DNA from: a virus
Strand: one strand, 5' to 3'
Length of the DNA stretch: 64,000 nucleotides
Virus record (IMG/VR): IMGVR_UViG_3300031772_000002
Coordinates: 100,447-164,446 of that record
Shown here: piece after piece, positions 41,959 to 49,581 of the stretch
Layout: every line of letters begins with the position of its first letter
How positions within the stretch are numbered: position 1 is the first letter of the stretch
Made by a program: the position numbers and the translations under genes
The notes under the pieces: model-generated
What the model was told of the DNA's origin: nothing
Databases searched by the model: none
Seen by the model: the letters and a program-made list of their open reading frames with translations, nothing else

Positions 41959-42004
41959 CCAATAGCCCGTAAAACCTCGTCCTTCAGGGCGGGGAGGATG
42001 TCAA
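41959..42004 (+). mobile_element. 46-bp PATE-like mini-element (fused LE/RE of the IS605 at 45302-47088)
   Basis: First 30 nt identical to the LE, last 30 nt identical to the RE; preceded by TTAT, ends in TCAA. Confidence 0.9.
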
Positions 42005-42024
42005 ATAATTTGCTTTCATTTGCA

Positions 42025-42192
42025 TCAATATTCTTCAGCGCAATCAAATGCCTGACCATAATATGCATCACGTTCCTCTGGTGAAAGATCAAAAAAAATA
42101 TCGGCACCAACCCAATCATATTCCTCTTCCATCTTATAAGCTGCAGCGAGATCTTCTGCTGATAAATCAAAAAAATTACCATCACTACTCAT
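42025..42192 (-). CDS. 55-aa highly acidic protein (absent from the ORF track)
   Basis: AAGGAG RBS; MSSDGNFFDLSAEDLAAAYKMEEEYDWVGADIFFDLSPEERDAYYGQAFDCAEEY. Confidence 0.65.
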   Translation of the reverse strand: MSSDGNFFDLSAEDLAAAYKMEEEYDWVGADIFFDLSPEERDAYYGQAFDCAEEY

Positions 42193-42241
42193 ATTTTCAT
42201 CTCCTTATGCCAATTATAAATATCAACACGATTTATTTCTG

Positions 42242-42505
42242 TCAACGTTTCACTAACAATATTTTTTTTCTATCAAAACCTAAACTTTTTGAAATTTCAG
42301 GAGTAAACCAGCCCTTTTCTTTAAATACTTTTTCAAAATAATCACCAGTATCACCTTGTAAAAGTGGATCACCACATTTCGAAAATCTCCATCTATATGC
42401 CATATCATATTGGGACATGGCATCTATTTGTTTTTTCTGTTCATCTGTCATTAAATTCTCCTTATAAAACATTCGCCCATTTAGATAAAGTAAAAGATAA
42501 ATCAA
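42242..42505 (-). CDS. Small phage hypothetical protein
   Basis: ID.M....M...WRF...G.P..QG..G.YF...F...G..TPEISK.LG; likely start MTDEQ after AAGGAG. Confidence 0.65.
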   Translation of the reverse strand: MIYLLLYLNGRMFYKENLMTDEQKKQIDAMSQYDMAYRWRFSKCGDPLLQGDTGDYFEKVFKEKGWFTPEISKSLGFDRKKILLVKR

Positions 42506-44219
42506 TTTTATTTTTTATAGCTTTTAAAATTATTTCATCTATTGTTCCAGATACAGTCAAATCAATAACTGTAACATTATTCTTTTGACCTTGCCTATAT
42601 TGCCTTCCTTCGGCTTGATCCCTTTCAATATATGAATAAGAGTTAGTTACAAATACAGAATAATTTGAAAATTGAATATTATGACCGGCTCCCATTTTTT
42701 TCTGATTTGCTATCAAAAATCTATATTTATTATCTTTAAACTTTTGAATAGTATCAAAAACATCTTGATCTTGATAACATGTTAATAATTTTTCTACACC
42801 AAAAGCTTGTGAAAGTTTTTCAACAATAATTTCAATACCATATGTATAGTTACACCAAATAATAACTTTACAATCTTTATTGATATTATTAAGTATTTGA
42901 ACCAATAATTCCAATTTTGGATTCTCTTTAATTTTAATAATATTTCTTTTTTCTATTTTCTTTCCATTACTATCTATTTCAATACGTGTATTAATATAAA
43001 ATCCAAATGATATCTGCTGCAATTTTCTTAATAAAACTAATGCATTCTTTGCAATTAATGAATTTTCACAAGAATTATTGCAATTATTTTTACATGTACA
43101 ACTTTCGCACATATTATTAATAGTTACTATTAATTCTTTTTTTAACTCATTGTAAATTCTTTCTTGTTCAGTTCCCATTGAGCAAGAATATGTTTCATAT
43201 ATTAATTCAGGAAGATCTATGCATTCTTCTTTTTTAAATCTAACAGCCAGATCACCAATTATTTTTGATACCTTATCAACAGATCCTTTGTTAGGAACCA
43301 ATATATATTGATTAATATCCACCGGATGCATAAAATTTCCACGAAATTCACTATACTTGGCAAAAGGAACAGTATCAGGGCCAAGAAATCTATATGGCAT
43401 AAAAAATGACATAAGATTATTAGCTGTAAGTGTTGCGGTAATAATATATTTATATTTACATGATTCAAAAAAATCTACGATAGCCCTGGTTTGATGTGAA
43501 GAAGGACTTCCTATTCTATGTGCTTCATCAAGTATTACCATATTAAAAAATTCTTTTGGAATTATTTCTATTAATGAATTCATTGATTCATAATTTGCTA
43601 TATAAATATCATAATCCACATTCTTTTTATTATCTTTATATTTTTTATTAATTATAGAATCAGATTTACTTTTATTAGAAAGAATTACCCCTTTTAAATG
43701 AGGAACTTGAATTTTCATCTCTTCAAAAACATTTTTCTTTAAATTTGAAAGAGTAATTATAATAGCTCTTTTAATTTTTTTTAGTTGTATTTTTTTATCT
43801 ATAGCCCATAAATAAGGACCCGTTTTACACGTCCCCGTGTCCGCTAAAATGGCCGAAGCGTCAGGATATACTATCATATTAAAAATTATTTTTTGATGCT
43901 TCATGACGCTATAACAGCCCCTATATTCATAATCAAATTTGATATCTTCACTATTATATTGAGATTTTATTTTTTTAATAACTTCTTTACGCTTTTGAAT
44001 ATTTAATTCAACTAATCTAATAATTGATCTAACCTCATCTGAACACTCTATTTTATAATCAGTAAAATAATTTAACTTAGTACTTGATTTATTAGGAATA
44101 ATAATTTTATTTACATTTCTAACTTTACGTCCATCCATTGTTGCCTGCATTTGCTCAAGAAGAACTTTATCATTGCATCCTACAATTAACTGGTTCTTAT
44201 TATATATTTCAACTTTCAA
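42462..44219 (-). CDS. SNF2-family (SF2) helicase/ATPase
   Basis: DTGTCKT, ILDEAH, TATLTAN, LLRKLQQI, GAGHNIQ, QAEGRQYRQGQ. Confidence 0.9.
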   Translation of the reverse strand: MKVEIYNKNQLIVGCNDKVLLEQMQATMDGRKVRNVNKIIIPNKSSTKLNYFTDYKIECSDEVRSIIRLVELNIQKRKEVIKKIKSQYNSEDIKFDYEYRGCYSVMKHQKIIFNMIVYPDASAILADTGTCKTGPYLWAIDKKIQLKKIKRAIIITLSNLKKNVFEEMKIQVPHLKGVILSNKSKSDSIINKKYKDNKKNVDYDIYIANYESMNSLIEIIPKEFFNMVILDEAHRIGSPSSHQTRAIVDFFESCKYKYIITATLTANNLMSFFMPYRFLGPDTVPFAKYSEFRGNFMHPVDINQYILVPNKGSVDKVSKIIGDLAVRFKKEECIDLPELIYETYSCSMGTEQERIYNELKKELIVTINNMCESCTCKNNCNNSCENSLIAKNALVLLRKLQQISFGFYINTRIEIDSNGKKIEKRNIIKIKENPKLELLVQILNNINKDCKVIIWCNYTYGIEIIVEKLSQAFGVEKLLTCYQDQDVFDTIQKFKDNKYRFLIANQKKMGAGHNIQFSNYSVFVTNSYSYIERDQAEGRQYRQGQKNNVTVIDLTVSGTIDEIILKAIKNKIDLSFTLSKWANVL

Positions 44220-44232
44220 TTGATCCGCCTTT

Positions 44233-44712
44233 CTATATCCAGTTAAAGTAACCAGTCTTAATCACATTATTTTCTACTATACAAACAAATTGTAAACTTC
44301 TTTTATCATCACTCCACTTTTTAACATCAACAGTAAATTTAAATTCACTACCTCCACTTTTTGAAGGAGCCTTTATAAATTTATTATCCTTTCTAGCTTT
44401 TGCTATAGTTGTGATAATAAATGATTTAATATTCGAAGCTAGAAGTAGTGAATCGTTAAGAGAATCTGGAGAAAATATATCTTTAAATATAATATCACTT
44501 TCAAAAGCCAACACCTCCAATCGTTCCAGTATTTGTTTGAAAGCATGATCGGACATATCGATACCAAATCCTCCATCCCCTTCAACTATTTGAGATCTTA
44601 ATTCCTCAAGATCTCTTTTTTTTTTAAATAAATCTTTTTCTTCATTTATAATTTCATTTAATAATTCTGAATAGCATATATACGTATTCACATCTTCATC
44701 TAAATTTTCCAT
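44233..44712 (-). CDS. Hypothetical protein, possible RNase-fold C-terminus
   Basis: SDHAFKQILER...FVCIVENNVIKT. Confidence 0.55.
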   Translation of the reverse strand: MENLDEDVNTYICYSELLNEIINEEKDLFKKKRDLEELRSQIVEGDGGFGIDMSDHAFKQILERLEVLAFESDIIFKDIFSPDSLNDSLLLASNIKSFIITTIAKARKDNKFIKAPSKSGGSEFKFTVDVKKWSDDKRSLQFVCIVENNVIKTGYFNWI

Positions 44713-44770
44713 TCCAATTCCTTTAATTAGTAAACTTAAATATTCAAAAAAATATATCTATTTAAATAGA

Positions 44771-45187
44771 TTATAAACAACATCTATTTTTAAGAATTGT
44801 AATTGCATTAATTAAATAATTAATATCTTTTATTTGATTATTAAGAAATAATTCAATCATAGACAATTCTCCATTAGTTGCAACTTCTATCTTTGTATTT
44901 TGTTTTTGTACTTCACAATAACTGTTATCAACTACCAATTGTCTAAGAACTGGTTTAAAAATTGTATCCAAATTGTCAATATCACTTTTTAATCTATTAG
45001 TATTAGATTTAATTTCATCAAGTAAAAATTCAAAATTACTTTTTTTCATCGTTTTAGAATCCGAACTAATAACTTCAAATTCATTAATACCCTCTTTAGA
45101 AAGCATAACCAATACCCTTTCATTATTAATAACTTCAAAAACTATTCCATCTTTATTATATAAAATCTTAGACATCGCCAACCTCAT
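44771..45187 (-). CDS. Hypothetical protein
   Basis: ORF overlapping the stop of the interrupted upstream gene. Confidence 0.55.
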   Translation of the reverse strand: MRLAMSKILYNKDGIVFEVINNERVLVMLSKEGINEFEVISSDSKTMKKSNFEFLLDEIKSNTNRLKSDIDNLDTIFKPVLRQLVVDNSYCEVQKQNTKIEVATNGELSMIELFLNNQIKDINYLINAITILKNRCCL

Positions 45188-45346
45188 TTTTTACTTTATT
45201 AACAAATTCCATAGATTCCTTAGTGTCCAGCGCAGATTGATCCATAAATGTCTCGTGCTCATCAGCCCAAAACTGGTCAGATACCTGCAACAACTTTTTA
45301 TCCAATAGCCCGTAAAACCTCGTCCTTCAGGTCGGGGATATAAGGG

Positions 45347-45760
45347 CTAATCTGGTTTATTCTGATTCTGTATGTATGCTTTAATGATCTCTAACGCAGC
45401 TCCTCCACAGGATACTGCACAATAACTTGGTGACCATAATACATCTTTAAAATAATTTTTTACAATTGAAGGATATTGTTTTCTAAGTTTTCGAGATGAT
45501 GCACCTTTTAAACTGTTTACTAATTTTGCTACAGCTACCTTGGGAGGATATTTTACCAGGCAATGAATATGCTCTTTTTCTCCGTTAAACTCTAGTAATT
45601 CAGATTCGAAGTCTAAGCATACTTTTTTGAAATATTCCTTTAGTAGTTTTAATGCCTTTTCATTAAATATATCTTTACGGTATTTGGGAACAAAGACTAA
45701 ATGAACATAAAGTTCAAAAACGCAATGTCTGCCTGTTCTAATATTTCTTCTTGTACTCAT
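45347..45760 (-). CDS. tnpA: IS200/IS605 Y1 HUH transposase
   Basis: HLVFVPKYR, EHIH (HUH), LKGASSR, WSPSY, YIQNQ. Confidence 0.95.
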   Translation of the reverse strand: MSTRRNIRTGRHCVFELYVHLVFVPKYRKDIFNEKALKLLKEYFKKVCLDFESELLEFNGEKEHIHCLVKYPPKVAVAKLVNSLKGASSRKLRKQYPSIVKNYFKDVLWSPSYCAVSCGGAALEIIKAYIQNQNKPD

Positions 45761-45835
45761 AGACCAAATATAATTAATTAATTTTATTATGTCAAATATC
45801 TTGACAGAATAATTGCAATATTATATATTTAATAC

Positions 45836-47047
45836 ATGCTATTTAAAAAGTCATTTAAGTTTCAATTAAAGCTCAATCACGAACAACTTCAGCACTGCTC
45901 CCGTTTTGCAGGATGCTGCAGATTTGTCTGGAATAAGAGTCTTGCTCTTAAAAAAACTCTTTGGGAAAATACTAAATCTTCTATTTCTCAGTTTGAACTT
46001 AATAATCTACTCGTTCAATGGAAAAAAGAGTTTCCCTGGCTTAATGATGCTCCATCTCAGGCTCTTCAACAGGTTAATAAAGATTTAGACCAGGCATATA
46101 AAAATTTCTTTCGGCATGGAGGATTTCCTCAATTCAAGAAAAAAGGAAAGCATGATTCTTTCAGGCTACCTCAGGGAATTAATATTCTTTCTGATTTAAA
46201 TCATAAAACTGGTGTTGTCCAGCTTCCTAAAATCGGAAATGTTCAGTTCATTAAAACCAGAGCTATTGAAGGCACTGTTAAGAATGCTACAATATCCAGG
46301 AATGCAGGTAAATGGTATATAAGCTTTAATTGTGATGCCGTTGATATTCAGCACGATAATAAAGGTCGTGAACCTGTTGGAATAGATCGGGGTGTATCTG
46401 TATTTGCAATGATCTCAAATGGTGATAAAATTGAAGCTAAAAATCCTTTAAAAAGTAATATAAAAAAGCTTAAAAAGATTCAAAGAAAGCTTTCACGGAA
46501 AAAGAAATTTTCAAAAAACTGGAATAAGCAGCGTTTAAAGATTTCACGTTTTCATAATCACATTTCTAATATTCGAAAGGATGTTTTGCATAAATCATCC
46601 ACTTCAATTGCCAAAAACCACGGTACAATTGTGATGGAAGATTTGAAAACATCAAATATGATACGCTCAGCTAAGGGAACTACTGAGAATCCCGGAAAAA
46701 ATGTTAAGGCAAAATCCGGGTTAAACAGAGCAATTCTTGACCAGGGCTGGCATATGTTCAAAGTCATGCTTGAGTATAAATCTAAATGGTATGGCAGCAT
46801 ATTAATTTTAGTTAACCCACAGTACACAAGTCAGAAGTGTTTTGCTTGCGGCTATACTGATTCAGAGAATAGAAAGACTCAAGAACTTTTTGAATGTATT
46901 AAATGTGGTCACAGTGAAAACGCTGATATAAATGCTGCAAAGAATATATTGGCTGCGGGACTCGCAGTGTCCGCCTGTGGAGAAGCTCCGTTAGGGGCTC
47001 CTGTGAAGCAGGAACCTGAAGTACGAAAAGTAGCACTCGCTGCATAA
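45836..47047 (+). CDS. tnpB: TnpB RNA-guided endonuclease
   Basis: RuvC GIDRG / VMEDL / NADINAA present; Zn finger CFAC...CIKC. Confidence 0.95.
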   Translation: MLFKKSFKFQLKLNHEQLQHCSRFAGCCRFVWNKSLALKKTLWENTKSSISQFELNNLLVQWKKEFPWLNDAPSQALQQVNKDLDQAYKNFFRHGGFPQFKKKGKHDSFRLPQGINILSDLNHKTGVVQLPKIGNVQFIKTRAIEGTVKNATISRNAGKWYISFNCDAVDIQHDNKGREPVGIDRGVSVFAMISNGDKIEAKNPLKSNIKKLKKIQRKLSRKKKFSKNWNKQRLKISRFHNHISNIRKDVLHKSSTSIAKNHGTIVMEDLKTSNMIRSAKGTTENPGKNVKAKSGLNRAILDQGWHMFKVMLEYKSKWYGSILILVNPQYTSQKCFACGYTDSENRKTQELFECIKCGHSENADINAAKNILAAGLAVSACGEAPLGAPVKQEPEVRKVALAA

Positions 47048-47108
47048 GTATCAGGAATCCTCGTCCTTCAGGGCGGGGAGGATGTCAACAGCAGGCTTTC
47101 GTTCGTAA
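46950..47108 (+). ncRNA. Predicted TnpB reRNA; guide is the right flank CAGCAGGCTTTCGTTCGTAA
   Basis: Established TnpB architecture; GC-rich 3' end overlapping the RE; 5' boundary approximate. Confidence 0.55.
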
Positions 47109-47224
47109 CCACAAGCTTTTGCCATGCCATCAAGCTATTCTTCAGACTTTGCTACAACCACACACTTTACAAGATCACCCAACCATATTAAAGACATTTT
47201 TATCCTCCATTTTTTATAATAATC

Positions 47225-47431
47225 CTAACATCTCTGTAAAAACCATACATTAGTACCAAAAGATTTTCGTCTCTTTTGACATTCAAAAATATATCCAACT
47301 TTTGCAACTTTACACAATGATTCATTGGAAATACTTTTAATAACTTTCAATGTATATCTTTCAAAATATTCGTTACTATTATTTTTTAATACTTCAACTT
47401 CAAAAACCATTCCATCTTCATGATATAACAT
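47225..47431 (-). CDS. Hypothetical protein
   Basis: AGGAG RBS. Confidence 0.6.
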   Translation of the reverse strand: MLYHEDGMVFEVEVLKNNSNEYFERYTLKVIKSISNESLCKVAKVGYIFECQKRRKSFGTNVWFLQRC

Positions 47432-47483
47432 TGTGTCTCCTATTTATTTCTTTTTTTTCTTCTATTATTATTAATTATTTAAA

Positions 47484-47810
47484 TTACCAATTAAAAAATT
47501 CTAAATCTTCATATTGAATAGCGTCACGATCAAGAAGAATATAAATACAATTATTTTTTCTTCCTATTTCTAAAATATTTAAAAAATTATTAGAATAACC
47601 GTACGCTAAAATAGTCTGATCTTGATATATATCAGGAATAAAAATTAGATAACCTTCCTGAAATTTATGGGCAATAATAGGACAATCATCATCACTAAAT
47701 TCTCCACTATAACAAGTTCCATTTTGAAGTAAATTTATATCTTCACCTGTTATGTGTCCTATATTTATATCAAGACATTTAACTATTACAGGATTATCAA
47801 AAACTTTCAT
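47484..47810 (-). CDS. DUF5983-like protein
   Basis: LDI...HIT..D...GY.I......S......L......C.YILLD.DA. Confidence 0.6.
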   Translation of the reverse strand: MKVFDNPVIVKCLDINIGHITGEDINLLQNGTCYSGEFSDDDCPIIAHKFQEGYLIFIPDIYQDQTILAYGYSNNFLNILEIGRKNNCIYILLDRDAIQYEDLEFFNW

Positions 47811-47826
47811 AAAATATTCCTTTTTG

Positions 47827-48069
47827 TTAATTTCGATTTATTTCGTAATTAATTTCTTTTCCATCATTATCAGCATAATTTATAATAATTTTTTTAATAT
47901 ATCTAGGTATTGAATTAACGGCATCATCTACTGTTTTAAATTTTCCATAAAAAGTTCTTGAAACGGAATCTGCCCACCTAAAATTATAATTCCAATCTTT
48001 GTCGTAACATCCATCCACAACAGCATAGGTATCTTTTTTAAATTTTCTTATTTTTTTTATTTTATTCAC
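47827..48069 (-). CDS. Hypothetical protein
   Basis: GAGGTG RBS. Confidence 0.55.
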   Translation of the reverse strand: MNKIKKIRKFKKDTYAVVDGCYDKDWNYNFRWADSVSRTFYGKFKTVDDAVNSIPRYIKKIIINYADNDGKEINYEINRN

Positions 48070-48086
48070 AATAACACCTCTAACTT

Positions 48087-48335
48087 TTATTTATTCTTTA
48101 TTACAATGTACATATTTTCCCAAGGAAAGTATTGTATATTTTTTGGTTTTGACCATATAGAAATTGCACAAGCATAATCACCAATTCCAATAATAGAATA
48201 GCAATTATCACATTTAAAATCTGAAAGTGCATTGCCAACAACAAACTTTATATTTTCTCCAGGATAAGGTGATTCTACCGGAAAAAGTTTACGTTGTTCA
48301 GTTTCACAATTTTTACAAACAATTAATCGTTTCAT
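48087..48335 (-). CDS. Small Zn-finger-like protein
   Basis: CKNC...CDNC. Confidence 0.6.
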   Translation of the reverse strand: MKRLIVCKNCETEQRKLFPVESPYPGENIKFVVGNALSDFKCDNCYSIIGIGDYACAISIWSKPKNIQYFPWENMYIVIKNK

Positions 48336-48453
48336 TTTGATCCCTTATTATTATTTACATAAATAGAATTTTGTAATGAATTTTGTAGGAATAGTATAAA
48401 TCAAGTTTTATTTTTCCTACAAAATTCAATACCAAATTTTGTTTCAATTTCAT

Positions 48454-48500
48454 AATTCTTGTTAAAGGAAACCACGACCCTTATGGCCGGGGTAGTTGAC
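48454..48500 (+). mobile_element. 47-bp PATE-like mini-element with IscB-type right end
   Basis: TCAT|AATTCTTG...AAACCACGACC-CTTAT-GGCCGGGGTAGTTGAC; related to 41782-41831. Confidence 0.55.
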
Positions 48501-48535
48501 AATATCACCGTTTTTTTAACAACATAAAACCTCCG

Positions 48536-48868
48536 TTAGAGTACACATCGATCTTTATAACTTTGAATACGTTTAATACATGATTTAACAGCTGATATCT
48601 GTTCAATAACCCACACTTCAAGGGCAGCCCGCGTTGGTTGCAGCTGTTCGCATTCTTCACAAGATTTAACATCTTCATCACGAAGAACAAGAGCAAAAAT
48701 GACGTTCAAATTCGCAATTTCCTCTACAAGCTGGACAATTGCACTTTCAAAATCATCGGACAGAATTTTAAATCTTCTCTCCTTTTGACAATTCTCAATC
48801 GTTCCATCTTCTAAAATTGGCAACTTAGTTTTGGGAAATTTTGTGACTAAAACTTCTTTTCTGTACAT
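48536..48868 (-). CDS. Hypothetical protein
   Basis: AAGGGTG RBS. Confidence 0.6.
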   Translation of the reverse strand: MYRKEVLVTKFPKTKLPILEDGTIENCQKERRFKILSDDFESAIVQLVEEIANLNVIFALVLRDEDVKSCEECEQLQPTRAALEVWVIEQISAVKSCIKRIQSYKDRCVL

Positions 48869-48997
48869 AACACCCTTTCTTTATAGTAATTTAAATTATA
48901 TTTCATCTACAAACCATATAAAATAAAGTAAAACGCCCGGTCTATAATGCCGAGTGTCATTTATTTTGAAAACTATTTTCTGTTTATTTTTTTTCTT

Positions 48998-49330
48998 CTA
49001 TTCTGTTGACAATTCTGGAGATTCTGGTAATGACATCCAATACACAATACCATCTGTAGGAGCGGGCTTTCCACCTGCATCATACCATACCACCCCACGT
49101 CTCATACCATAAAAAGATCCAGCGCTACATGTTTCAGTTTCCTTTGTAGAAACAAATACCCATTTATCATTATCTGGAAGCCTATCTTTTATATTTACCC
49201 ACGGATAATAAATCTTTTTTAAAATTTCATTTCTTGCATCCCATGCTTCTCTCGCTATACTTTTACCATAAACTTTATTTTTACCATATTTATTTAAAAA
49301 CCATTTATCAAAATCATCCATCATATACAA
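48998..49330 (-). CDS. DUF551-like phage protein
   Basis: WV.IKDRLP...V.YWM.LPE.P; GGAGG RBS. Confidence 0.75.
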   Translation of the reverse strand: MYMMDDFDKWFLNKYGKNKVYGKSIAREAWDARNEILKKIYYPWVNIKDRLPDNDKWVFVSTKETETCSAGSFYGMRRGVVWYDAGGKPAPTDGIVYWMSLPESPELSTE

Positions 49331-49581
49331 CCTCCAAATTTTTATAAATAATTAATTGCCTTTTTTTTTATTATTTTTAATTTCATTTTTAAATTTTTCT
49401 ATTAATTTCTCAAAAACACTTTCAACTTGAGAAATTATAATTGTTTTTGCAAGTAAGTAAACATTAGTTGATAAAAAAAAAATAAATATAAACGTTCCCA
49501 CAAGTCACCCTTTCTTTTAAAAGTTTCGGGTAGGACTAATAAAAGAATTAACATTATTTGAACGTTTATATTTTTTTTAAA

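Larger units (their letters stand above)
45302..47088 (+). mobile_element. IS605-group element (divergent tnpA/tnpB), 1787 bp
   Basis: TTAT target 5' of the LE, subterminal hairpins CCTCGTCCTTCAGG(T/G)CGGGG at both ends, RE ends TCAA, no target duplication. Confidence 0.92.
45168..47197 (-). pseudogene. ~80-codon gene interrupted by IS605 (pieces 47197-47089 and 45301-45168), also with an in-frame TAG at 47135-47137
   Basis: Removing 45302-47088 restores the frame: MSLIWLG...KPA|DKKLLQ...EVGDV; GGAGG RBS. Confidence 0.7.

Noticed and set aside
41955-42341. Track ORFs 41955-42185 and 42048-42341 as intact genes
   Set aside because: Better explained by the 55-aa RBS-led ORF plus a small ORF broken by the 46-bp element
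47135-47137. TAG-to-amino-acid recoding suggested by an in-frame TAG
   Set aside because: Long genes translate fully in the standard code and TAG acts as a normal stop elsewhere (26877, 35785, 44233); this TAG is in an IS-disrupted pseudogene
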